DNA of 64,000 bases from Psammoneis japonica (taxonomy: Eukaryota). The stretch is taken from positions 682,001-746,000 of the forward strand of contig QPGO01000007.1 in NCBI GenBank assembly GCA_008632985.1. Direction: 5' to 3'. The position numbers and the translations under genes were made by a program. Positions 39,928 to 52,072 of the stretch are shown here, piece by piece. The notes beneath the pieces are model-generated. The model searched no databases and had not been told where the DNA came from. It saw only the letters and a program-made list of their open reading frames with translations. The first letter of the stretch is position 1. Every line of letters begins with the position of its first letter.

Positions 39928-42900
39928 CTCCCTCTCAACCAAGAGAGCTTGCTGGCCCACAAGAGCCTTTCCAGCCGCACGGAATGCATCGGTCCGCAGT
40001 CCCTTCGTGAACTGATCGGCTGGTTGCTCTAGAGTGCTGATGGGGTGGACATCGATCTCCAATTGTTCGACTTAAGTCCTAAACCAGTGGTGCGGGATGC
40101 CGATGTGTTTGGTTCGCGGAGACAACTTGGGCATGCGTGCGAACTTGAGGCACGCGGAGTTATCTTCGTACACAACGGACGCAGGCAGGACATTCTGCGC
40201 TACAGGCGAGTCATCGGTGCCTTGGGTTACGAGCTCAAAAGCCTTGGAGTGAGTCATGACAGGGTTTTGGCGGTCAGACGTTCCGAGTGCGTGGTGGTTG
40301 AGCTCCTTGAGAACTTCACGAACAGGGATGAGATCACGCACAGCTTGAGAAAGTGCGACACACTCCGCTTCCACAGTCGACAATGCTGCAAGAGTCTGCA
40401 GCTTGGACACCCAGACAAGCGGGCAGCTGGCGCAGCAGACAAGGCATCCAGTCCTGGACTTGACAGAAACTGGGTCTTGACCATCTTCCACACCAAATGA
40501 CCCCGTGAAGTCAGAATCGACGCAACAATCAACTCAATGATCTTGCGCAGGCTTGAGAATGAGACCTTCAGCAGCAGTTGCTTTGAGGCATCGGAGCATC
40601 CGCTTCACTGCAGCAGCGTGGGACGCTCGGGGTGCAAACGAGAATCGAGCTGCTTGATGTGTGGCATGTGCAATGTCTGGCCGGCTGTTCGCTGCCAAGT
40701 GCATCAACATTCCAACAACTGAGCGACAATCGCAGGGTTCATCAAAAGGTGGGCCGTCCGTGTCAGCACCAACAGCCGCAGGTGGAGCTGGAGCAGATGC
40801 TCCATTGCAATCCTGCATCTGTGCGGTGCGCAGGACCTTGTCAATTAGACCGGGTTGAGTGAGCAGAAATCGACCCTCGGAGAGCTTTTCGATCTTGATG
40901 CCGAGAAAGTTGCCGACTTCTCCTTCGTCTCTAAGTTCAAATGCGTGGCGATGTTCGTCGTCGGAGACTCCTAACTTGCGAATTTCGGCTTCTAGAGCTT
41001 CAGCTGAAGCTCCAGCAAAAACGGTGTCGTCGACGTGTGCCACACACATCATGCCCTCTTTGAAATACAAACAGGGATCTGTGGCTGAAGGTGCCCATCC
41101 GCGCTCGGTTAAACCAGCTCGTAACTTCTCGCAGAAGCCCTTGGGAGACTGTTTTAGGCCGCACAGTCCTTTCAAAAGTTTGAGAACCACATTGAGTCCC
41201 GACCTTGGCGCAAATCCCTTCGGCGGTGTCACACAAACTTCTTCGGCGATGTCAGCTTGGCAAAAGGCTGTGGTGCAGTCCACCTGACGTGCAGTCCATC
41301 CCTCCTTTAATGCCGCAGTGAGCATGAGTCGGATGCTGGACCATTGCACAACCGGCGCGTGGGTTTCAAAGCAGTCGACTCCTTCTTTCTGTAAATCACC
41401 GCGGACGCAGTGTCGGGCCTCATGCTTGAGAGGGGTTCCATCTGGGAGTCTCTTGAGCTTCAGTGCCCATGTGCCTGGAAGTGCATTCACGTGCGGCTGA
41501 CGCTCGACTGCTTTCCAGGCTCGACGATGTGTGAGTGCGTTGACTTCAATTTTCATCACCTCAATCCATTCGTCGGCGTCCGGACCTTTCAGAGCATTGT
41601 GCAACGAAGGCACATCAGGGTCCTTGGTTTTCTTGCTAGCTGCGTGGGCTCGTGGATCGCCGATGTTGATGGCACCACTGTCCAAATCCGTCTCGAGAGT
41701 CGCCAGATACGCCAGCTGAGCCTCGTGTCTGATCGGCAGTGGCATTTCCTTGACGGAGCTGAAGCAGACCTCATCTACAAACTTGGCAGAGTTGAGCTGT
41801 CCCTTGGTTGACCGTGAAGACCGTCGCAGCCCTGGCACTCCCTCTGGATTCGTCACAGGAGGTGTCTCGACTGGGGGAGGAGCTGTTGGTTCCGTCGGCA
41901 CTTCGGGTGGCGGAAGTTCGTTGCCATCTTGAGGTTCAGGTGGCTGAATTGGCGTAGAGTCCACAGAGTCTGTGGGAGTTTGAGTCGCAGGTGGGGCTGG
42001 TGGCGTTGGATGCTGAGTCGCAGGTGCGACTCGATCGGCAACGTCGTCGCGAGAAGTGGGTGAATCCGGCACAGTGATGATGGAGCAGGCTCAAAATGGC
42101 CGTGAATGCGTGTTGCTCTGGCCAGTTCTCACTCTTTACGTTGACGCTCTGGAGGGGCAAGCCACTCATCGTGTAAATGAACTGCTTGATCCTTCTCCAG
42201 AGGGATGCACATCGATTGGTTGAGGCACAAGTGTTCCCAGTGATCGGGTGGATCCGTCTCCCTCTCGATTGATGGTGCGGCAGTGAAGAGATCATCAAAG
42301 ACCACATGACACTGAGGAGCAACACTTCCAGTTTGAAGATTGAGGACCAAAGGAACCTCACTGGAATGGATGGCACTGAGTCCCACGAACAAAGCGCGAC
42401 GAGTGCGAGGCTCCCAACGCGGGAGCTTCTTGCCGGAAGCGAGGGTCGGATCAAGTGCGTACGCCGGACATCCCCATGTGTGAATGTCGCGCAACCGATG
42501 TCTTGGCACTGTTGAGCCGGTGAAAATGTCCGCTGGGCAATGTCCCTTGGAATTTGGGGTGACATTGTAGATGTGCGTGGCACAAGAAACTGCCATGGGC
42601 CACAGGGAGCTGTCAATTCCCCCCTTCCAGTGGATTGATGCATGAAGCAACATCGCTCTCGCCATGTTGGAGATGCTGCGGATGCCCCGCTCTGCGACGC
42701 CGTTCTGATGATGGGCGTTGGTTCCACAAAACGGAGACGTTGTTCATGTTCTCATGTGTGTTGTGCAAAAGCGTTGGCCTTAAAAGCGCCACTGTCGGCA
42801 AGAAATTCTTGGACGATGACGCCGTGGTCCAAAGCATGTTTCTCAAACGCTTGCTTCGCTTGCATCGTCTCAACAGCGGAGAAACCTGGTTGGTGCTCGA

Positions 42901-45900
42901 CCTGGACATGGCCAGAGGCATGGTCGACAAAGATGCAACCGCCCTTGAATTGCTTGGACGTGGCTTTGCCATGTGAGTCGAAGGTGCGGCCTAAAAGGCG
43001 GGACTCAAAATGATCAACGCTGACAGCCTGACCCGGTCGAAGATGGTCAGCACGAAGGGCCCCGTCGCATTCAGGGACTGTCGACTTGTGAGCAGATCCA
43101 AGGGAGCATCCATGACCTTTAGCATGTTCGCATGCCTCGCATCTTGGGTGGTCACACTTCGCTGCGGACTTGAAACGGTTCGATGGGAACGGAACTGCGC
43201 GGAGAAGTGCTTGGACGCGACCAAAGTTCAAATGGCCAAAACGGGCGTGCATTTCGAGAAGAAGCTTTTGGCCTGCCGTGAGGTTTTGATTCTCCTCGTT
43301 GAGGATCTGTAGATTCACTTGAGGAGTGGCAGATGCGCCCTTGGTCATCGACGCAATGGGCAAGTGGCTTGATGGATGACATGGCACGACCAACTTGCCT
43401 GTCCCGTCAACATGTAAATGGAAAGTGGTTTCATCGCCCTCACACTTCCCACGCACCCCCTTCTCTTCGTTGAAGAGGCATTGAGGCGACAGCAGGCGCT
43501 GACGGGCTCCAGGAACGCAGTGTGCCATGGTGTTCAGTTGGATGGTGGCGCCACTCGGCATTGTGAACACCCATGCAACCGGACCGGCACCCTGGATGGT
43601 GAGACCGTTGGCAATCCCATTGATCTGCAAGGGTTTCTTGGGAACAGTCACAGGCCCCGTAAAATCATCTTTGTCGGGGGCAACAGCCAACGTGGCACCA
43701 GCATCCATGACGACCGTGAGAGCCTCGTCCGACAGACCGATGAGTGCCTGCGGATTGGATGCAAGGAGGTCGGCTTGAGATTGTCCGGTGAGTGGTTGGA
43801 TGGTGGAGGTGTTGTAGACGACTGGTCTAACACTTGCTTCCTCCAACAGTTCCACAGGATCTTGAAAATGGGCAGTGTCCACGATGTGATTCGGCAGACA
43901 GAGCTCGTCAAACCGGAAGAAATCTGGGCTGAAGTCCTCAAGAGCGTCGAAGAAATGTTTCTGGTCGTCGAGAGGTTCCAGTTCCTCACAGGCATCAAAG
44001 AAGGCTGATTCGTCCATCGCATCAGACCGTTCAGCGACTTCTAAGCTCTCCCAGTGGGCCTTGAGACGAGTGCTCAGTGCGTGTGATGGATGGCGCGCGA
44101 CAAACTCGGTGAGCACTTGCGTGCCTTTGATCCTGTGACATTCGAACAGTGACCCCGTATCTAACACTATCCGGTCATCCAGCTCTTCCACAATGTGGTA
44201 GACTTGAGAGCTGGCGGTCGAAAAACGACTTGGCACGTTCGAGAATGGATGCTCGGGCTGTTGACCGGCACAAATGCTGACCATGCCATCACTGCAACGG
44301 ATGGGACCATCCAGGAGGCTGGAAACCCGTGCAAAGTTGGGAGTTTGCGCTGGCGGCGTAGAGCTCGAGGGACACATGGGATCGGAGCAAAGCAAAGATG
44401 TAGCACCGTTTCCCAAAACATGGCGGCGAGCCAGAATGTGAACAGCTTGACTCGTCCCAAGAGTGAGCGACGCGAAGTGGGCTCGTCTTTGACGTCCTCG
44501 TGACAATCATCCGCATCCAGGACCTCTGGATTGTAGAAATCGAAGCCACGATACGTGGCACACGGAGGTGAGTCGTAGCATGCGTCTTCAAAGTGTACGT
44601 CGTGTTCAAGGATGAGATCTGACTTTGTGTCGTCTGACAGCATGTCCGTCAAATGTGCGGGAGCGTCAAAGAACTCATCTGGATGCTTGACAGAGCACAG
44701 CTTCAAGGCCGGAAACAACTCAATGGCCGGTGGTTCGTTTTCAAAGGTGGAGAAAGCGTCGGAGCATTCGCAGAAGTCATCGGCGTCTTCGGGAGTGACA
44801 GTCTCAACCATGATGGGAGACACGACTGGATCCACGACTGAGGTGAGTGGAGGTGGGCTCGTTTCGTTGCAAACCACCTCAGTGCTAACGACTGCATCGC
44901 TCTCCCTCTCGGCCGAAGAAGCCGGAGCAACAACAATTGCAGCAGTGACAGGGGCGGAACAGAAATCCGGGTCGGCAACGGCACCCGTAGCCGCGCACCA
45001 CATTCCCGTGAAAACCAACTCGTTGGGGTCGGATTCGTCTCCCTCTGGTTCCTTGGCAGTCTGAGTGGGCGGACCCATGGGCACGCCACTGTCCGGATCA
45101 GCAACGGAAGACAAATTCCCGGCTGGGGTCTCCTTGGGAGGGCACCTGTGGTCGTCGGTGTGGTCCGCGGTAGAGTGCTTCTGGTAGATTCCAGGTTTGT
45201 CGGCACCCTTCGCTGTGCACGTGGCACACCACTTCCATTCCTTGCCATTCTTGTCCTTCTTCGTTTCTCCATCAAATTTAGTGCGCCAGGCAGCAATGGG
45301 GCGCCTCTTCTTCTTGGAAGGGTTGTCTGCAGGCGGCGGATTGGGAGGAGGATCGTGCGCGGCGGTTTGGCGTTGCACTTCGGGCACGTCTTCTTGGCGC
45401 ACCCCTCGAGACCACAACCATGACAGTGCTTTGTCTTCCCAGGGTTGTCCGTAGTCGAAAGATTACTCTCGGGTAGCTTGGCGACCAATGCAGGCCACTC
45501 CCCGTCCTTCATGAGCTCATTGTGTTGCTCCTGAATCCACGCAATGATGCCGACCGGTCCAAGCGTGTTGCAATCGCTGTCGGACACGATGTCAGCAGGA
45601 TTCTTGAGGTGGCACTTGCGTTCCATAGTCTTGACGTCGTCGAGCTTGTTGTAGACTCGCCGATTGAAGTGTTCAGAGGACGTAGAGGAGATCTTGTGGA
45701 GCAGCTTGGAGCTTGTGTTCGCCGGAAGCGCGCAGTCGGTCTGCACAATTTTCACGATGCGAAGAGCTTCGGCAGCGAAGTCCGTGCAATCCTCGCCGGG
45801 ATGGTCAACCAAACTGAGGTCTTCTAGCTGCTTCTTAGCCGTCTCAACATCCGTTAGAGCGCTAGTGTTGCAAGCATCGAGAGCCATCATGAATGGAACA

Positions 45901-46684
45901 GATCCAGGGTGGTCTTGGCAGTCCGAGAGATGGTTGAACTTGGTCTCGATTTTCTCGCGAAAGGCATCAGTGATTCTTGAGTGAACGAGAAGTTGAGAGA
46001 GCCCGATGTCGTCGAGCTCGATCTCATCGTACTTGGCATCATCGGTGGCTGCTTTCCCAACCGTGTGCTCGTTCACGAGATCGGTCACAGCAAACTCGTG
46101 AAGATGGTCGAAGACATGTTGAACCTTGTCGTCGCTGTTCTTGACATGGTAGAACGTCTGCTGACCGTGGGCTTCTACTAGATCTCGAATGGTCTTGACG
46201 AAATGGTCCTTGTCAAGCTCGTTGATGGGACCGTCCGAAATCTCAAGTCGACCGTTGAACTTGGAAGTCATTGTGGAAGCTTGTTGATCGCAGAGATGTC
46301 GTTCTATCGAGTCGAGAGCCTTGGGATGACGGCGCTGAGAGGCGAATCGGTGGGTTCTGTCGTTGGATTGTTCGCAGCTGTTGTTGAGTTTGGAACCACC
46401 AATGTAAACCCCGTGGGTTGGGTGAGTTCCACCACGTGACGGCTTGGTTGGAGCCGGAGGAGCGGTCGCCGTGGCGTCAGCGGCCATTGCGTCGGCAAAC
46501 GCCTTTGCCAGAACAGCCGGATCGATGGCAGCCATGATGGAGAGTGTGGCACGAGAGGTTCTTGTTAGAGTGAAGACGAGAGAAGCAAGAGAGACTCAGC
46601 TGTTTCCCGGGTTTGCTTCAAAATCAAAAACCGAAAGCGTCCGTGACGATGACTCGGTCAGGAGCTCTCGTCAACGTGCAAATT

Positions 46685-46696
46685 GGGCTCACAACC
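46685..46696 (-). promoter_or_regulatory. Primer-binding site (half-tRNAiMet type), mutated
   Basis: GGTTGTGAGCCC directly abuts the 5' LTR. The expected complement of the tRNAiMet anticodon arm is GGTTATGAGCCC, as in copia/Ty5-type priming. Confidence 0.75.
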
Positions 46697-46930
46697 AGTC
46701 GAGATGCAGTCCCACAGCTGGGTGGGATGGACAAGACCTCGGAGGTTGGCAGCAATGTGAATGGCAACAGAGGCAAACAGACGCTTGTTCAAAGTCGTTG
46801 TCCAAAAATTGTGACGAATGTCGTTGCTTCTGTTTGAATCAATTTTGTGATGAGCTGGTTGTTTCGAAGAGAAAATCTGAGTCTGGGTTGCAGTCATGAG
46901 ATGCGACCAGAATGACGTTGAGTCGTGACT
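46697..46930 (-). repeat. 5' LTR (AGTC...GACT)
   Basis: Direct repeat of 39694-39927, followed by the TSD AGAAG. Confidence 0.95.
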
Positions 46931-49900
46931 AGAAGGGGTGCTGCTTGCTGTTGACTGTTTGATTGGTGGCAATGCATGGATTGCATGGGTTGAACTTGGA
47001 CTCTGTCTTCTCCCCAAGTCTTTGCAAAATTGCTTGTGCTGAAGTGGAGCTGTGGTCAACATGCCATGGATGGCTCTGATGACTTGGACATGAAGGACTC
47101 TCTTGCTTTTTTCCAGGACCAGCACATGCAGTCCACACAGATTGGGGTCAATGCTCACCCAGCATGTTGACCAACACTTTTGTGATCTTCATCACAATCT
47201 GGTCTTTGCCTTCCTCAGGCTCTGGCATCATTGGCTGCACAAACACACTTGGTGCATTGGTGCTCATGACATCATGCTCTTCATTGGCATCAACAATTGC
47301 TGTGTCATCAATGTTTTTTCTGAGGATGCCGGGGCTGGCTGAGGTGTCTGGCCACTCTTGGGTCAGCTTCCCTTTGCAAACCACTTGCCCTTTTGTGCGG
47401 CCATCATGTTCATTGGTTGGGAACATCAAGGCCACCATTGTCTTGGCCCTTTCAGTTGGAGTCATGTTCTTGACCAGTGCTGGTGCAAAGCACACTTGCT
47501 CACACAGTTGCTTCACATCTCCTCTTTCTCTGAGGCATTGTGCCCCCTCTGACCACATGCTTTGAGGCCTTCATGCAGCAAATGTTGTTGGGCAAATGAA
47601 ACGCCCTTCTCCCTGATCAGAGTCAGTCATCAATCTTGCACATGAAGTGTGCTGGCACCATTGCTGTCTCCATGTCATGATCTGTGTCATCCTCTGGATT
47701 GGGGCTCATGTTTGTTCTTAAATGATGGCAGTGTTTTAGCTTGTTTCTCTCTTGTTCTGCTTCATCAGTGTCTGTCACTCCTGCAAATCAAACTTTTGTT
47801 TCTTCTGGATTCACATGATTTCATGTTGAAGGTTGTGCCATGTTTTGTGCCACCCCTGGCTGCTCTGCCAGGCATGCTGTTTGCCTCTTCCACCAGCCTT
47901 TCTCCTCCCCAATTGTTGTCCTCATCAGCTTGGTCAGCAGCATGATCTTGTGGTTCTGCAGCTCCTTTGTGCTCCTCACTGTTTTCACACTCTTTGTTTT
48001 TTTCACTTCTGCAGTCTTCATCTGGTGCTGCTTCTTGGATGCCGTGCTGTTGACCAGGACCAGATGCTCTCTTGTCAGCTGGAATCTCATTTGCTTCTTC
48101 ATGTTCATCATCTGAGTCTGCCTCATCTTCATGTCATGCAGTTGGCATCATTGTGATTGTCTTTGCATTTGCCCTTGCTGTTGCTTTCATTGATGTTGCC
48201 TCCTGCAGTCCAACCAGCATCATGCAAATTGTCTCCATGTTTGCCCCTGAATTTAAGTTTTTCCTTGACACCTTGTCAGTGGCCATCTTCTCAACCGCCT
48301 GTGTGCTGTGCATGTCAGTCAAGGGTGCGGAGGTGCGCTTGGTGCAGGGAATCAAAAGCTTGTCTGTGAGCAGGTTTGCAGTGCTCCACCCTTGGGCAAA
48401 TCAAAATGTGGTCACAGGTGTGTGCTGTCAACACCACGTGCATCTATGGTGTTTGTTCTTGGGTCATTCTCAACATGAGAAATCACAAATTTCCAAAACC
48501 TGAGCTGGAAGTGTTTGTCACAATCAAGGTTCCTTCATTGCATGACAGTGTGTGGGCTGCAAGTGTCAGAAATCCTTTCCTTTTGTGGGTGCACATTCAA
48601 CACAACAGCTTTCTTGATCACAGCATGCTCACATGTCAACTTGGGCATTGTCTTGTGCAGCACACAATGTGCAGTGGCTCAAGTTTGCTTCTTGACGGTC
48701 TGCATGCTCTGCTCAACTTTGGGAACATGGTCTTTCATGATTGTGGAGATCAGCTCTAGATTCATGCCATCAGCCACTTCTGCTGGCATTTCCTTGAACT
48801 TGGGGTCACACTCAACAAAGTCAATCTTGAACATGGCCATGCTGCGCTGTTCTTGGAGAATCATCATGTCCAATGCTTGACACACTTTCTCTCTGCTTCT
48901 TGTGTGTTTCAGGTGGCATGGCCACAACATTGTTCAACTCATGAGAATGATGCATGTGCTTGGCCTTGCCTCATGTTGTGTCCACTGGTGGACCCCAAGT
49001 GGCCACCAACCTGTCCATGTCTTCAGTTGTGATGGACAAGTTCTTCACCTGGTCGGAACATGAAAACAGCTTGAAATCCCTCACATTGGGTGCTCCAGCT
49101 TCACAACACAGTCTGGGTGCTTGTTCAGCATTTGCCATCTCCCTCTTGGTGCATCCCATGGAACTCTGTTCTGCCATTGAAACTGTGGCTCCAGATGCAC
49201 TCTTGTGCTTCATGTTGGTCTGTCTCTTTGTCATCTGTGTCTTCTTCTTTGACAGCATGCTTGCATGTGTCTCACTTTCTTGGAGATCTTTTGCACAGTC
49301 AAAGAACTGCTGGCTTGGCACAAAGGCATGCAATCCAATGTCATTCACTTTGAACACCATGACTTGCTTGCCAGTCTTCTTGTCCAGCAGTCAGAACTCA
49401 CCTGCCACTCTGTTGTCACATGCAATGCAGTGCTTGCTCTTCACATCCTTTGGACTGAAGATGTTCTTTGTCACCATGTTTTGCAATCCAAGCTTTTCAC
49501 ATCCCTCCATCCAGGCATTTTGCAGTCCTTGTCCAAGGCATCCACTCCTGTGTTGGTGGACAGATCAATCTTGATCTTTGCTGGACACATGTTGTGTGCT
49601 GGTCTCTGGCTTGCTGCCATGTGCTGAAGGCAGAGCCATTGTTGAGGATGAGTTCATCTGACTTTTGATGCCAACATCAGCTTGGCTCAGGCTTGTCTCT
49701 GGCCTCTCTTTGTCCAGTTGCAAGTCACACCATGCATGCTTCTTCTTGCTGCCTTTTCTGTGGCTTGATTGGTTGGATCTGGATGTTGCATCAACACTTG
49801 TGCTGTCACTGTCCACTGATGAGTTGTCTTCATCTCATGTTTGTGCATGGCTCTGTCCCTTGTCACCTGGCTTCTTCTTGGCATTCCTGAGCCACTGATC

Positions 49901-51630
49901 ACAGGCAATCTTGCTCTCATGCTTGCAGCCAGGGAACTTCTTGTGGCTCAGTTTGCCACAGCAGTGGCACATCACAGGGTCATCTTGACTGTCCTTCTGT
50001 GCATGACCATGGTCCTTTGGATTGTCAGACCTCTCATTGTTTCTTTCATTCTTGTTGCTGTTCTTGTCATTTGAACCCTCGCTCCTCTCATTCTGACACT
50101 TGCAAGGGTCATTGTCTTTTGAATGACTCAGCAGCACATCCATTGCCTTGTCTGGGGTTTTTGGATGCTCTTGTCCTTGCCCAGGCTCCAATCTCTCACA
50201 AAGCTCTTCTTTGAGCTCTTGTGGAAGCAGTCATTGCTGTTCTCTGTGAACAAGTGTGTTGTCCATGATTCAAGTTCTGCTTTCTTCAGGTCAGCTTGAA
50301 CTGTCACAGCACTGTCCTTGTGCTCCTTGGTGTTCTCAATGAGCCCATCTGGCATTTTGCTTCCCAGACTGTCGCTTCCAGCATCTTGCTGATTCTTCAA
50401 TCTTGACAGACAGTTGTCCAGCAATTCACTCTCTCATCACTTCACTTCCAGCATGTGCTTCAGGAACTTGGCAAGTGCATGGAATGGGTGTCATCCTCTT
50501 GTTGAGTTGAGTGCAAGGGATTGCACAGGAAATGGATTTCACCAGACTTTCCACAACTCAAGTCAGGGTGTTTTTGGCCATTTCCCATCTCCCGTCTCAA
50601 AGGTGTTCCTTTTGTTCTTGGGTGTCCATGTCAGGGGCACACCAACCAAGTGACTTTCTCCCTGAACCTCCCTGTGTTGAACTCCCTCCACTTTGCCACA
50701 TCATTTCAAGACATTTTTTATTCAACCACCACATTTTGTTGTGTTTCTGTCCGGATTTTTCAATGAGCATGCCCACATTTTAGAAAAGAGTCTTCATGGC
50801 ATTGGAGCTGTAATGAAATCTTGGCATTTGCCGATCACTTCCCCATGTCAACACATGTGATGACATCATGGCCACAATGTCAAGTGCAGTGTGTTTCATG
50901 CTGTTCCCACGTGGCTGCTGATGTCACCACAATGTCAGATTCTGGCACACCATGGTGAAATGTCATGCAAAGTCATGACATCAGGTCAGATTTCCCTCCC
51001 CCATCTTGAAACCATTGCACTTCTTTTAGAAGTCTTTCCCCACCTGCCACCGCCAACTGCCAACTGCCACCAAAACTGCCACGATGCATCAACAACTGTT
51101 GCCAGCAGATTTTGCCACCAAACACTTTCTCACTGACAATGCCAATGCATGACATGATTTGTTTTGCACTGATGAGTGCATCTGTGAAAAGAAGAGAGGT
51201 GAGAAAAAGTCCAAAAATGAACAAAAGCTGCTTTTGTCATTGTGCTGTTGTTTCATTCTCACATTCTCAGTGAGTGAATCACTCCATGGCATTTGACGGA
51301 CTCCATTGATTCAGCACATTTTTTTGTTTTCTCAACCTCTTGTTTTCCTTTGTTCTTTGTCTGCATTTCTGCAGGAAAATGCCAGCATGTCATGTGGCAT
51401 GGCTCAAGTTGACACCATGTCATGCGGGCAGCTCAAGTTGACACCACACTGTTTTTCAAAAAGTCTGGCCACAAATGGCAGACAAGGTTGCTCTTGTCTC
51501 AACATTTTGAGCAACTGCCTGGGTTGCCAGCTGCAGCTGCACCCAGGCAATGTCTTTCTGCAAAATTGTTCATGTGGCCTGGGATGCCTGTGTGAATCCC
51601 CGCCCCCCCCCCCCCACCTCTGAGCATCAA

Positions 51631-52072
51631 GACGGCCTCAGAGAGCCACATGGGTTTGCTCCCCGGTGAGACTGAGAGTGGTGCCTCCAAGGAAGGGGGT
51701 GCCATTCAATGTTGCAGACATGAAATCTCTGTCAAAAGGGTTTGGCTGCCTCCAAAAGCTGGTGCATGTGAATTGTTGGCATTTTGCTGGTTGTGGCAAC
51801 CTTGAAACTCTGCAAAGGACATGACAACCAGCAGCGACAGATGAACTTGCAAAAAAAAGTGAGTTCAAAAATTGTGGAAGAGATGGCCTCAGAGAGCCAT
51901 GGGTTTGCTCCCTGGCAAGACTGAGAGTGGTGTCTCTAAGGCAGCGGTGCCATTCAATGTTGCAGACCTGAAATCTCTGTCAAAAGGGTGCCTGCAAAAG
52001 CTGGTGCATGTTGATTGTTGACATTCACTGGCTGTGGCAACCCTGAAAGTCTGCGGAGGACATGACAGCCAA
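51631..52072. repeat. Direct duplication of about 200 bp (51631-51835 / 51882-52072)
   Basis: Shared GGCCTCAGAGAGCCA, GACTGAGAGTGGTG, GTGCCATTCAATGTTGCAGAC, GAAATCTCTGTCAAAAGGG. Confidence 0.85.

Larger units (their letters stand above)
39694..46930 (-). mobile_element. Full-length Ty1/Copia LTR retrotransposon, 7237 bp, inactivated
   Basis: Two 234-bp LTRs, 5-bp TSD AGAAG (39689-39693, 46931-46935), PBS and PPT. gag starts at 46535. CCHC knuckle, PR (MDAGA), HHCC integrase, RT (ARHCVRGDLQ, LCGLKQSP, HVDD), RNase H (SRTG, STVEAE, YEDNSAC, ADQFTKGL). Frameshifts and stops present. Confidence 0.97.
39450..50760 (-). mobile_element. Older, heavily decayed Copia (gag-PR-INT-RT-RH) hosting the nested element
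   Basis: Zinc knuckle CHCCGKLSH at about 49.95 kb, DHVPKVEQSMQTVK integrase piece, RT pieces TAIVDANEEHDVMS and RAIHGML..KQFCKDL, FNPCNPCIA. KQHPF|*FHVDDLMSSH continues across the insertion. RH end DDMLGDFMTEPLQG. Outer ends are approximate. Confidence 0.85.

Noticed and set aside
40072..46535. Alternative genetic code or RNA editing as the cause of Tyr->Cys/His
   Set aside because: Neighbouring genes use standard Tyr and stop codons; the changes occur on both strands and in non-coding LTRs, TIRs and MITEs.
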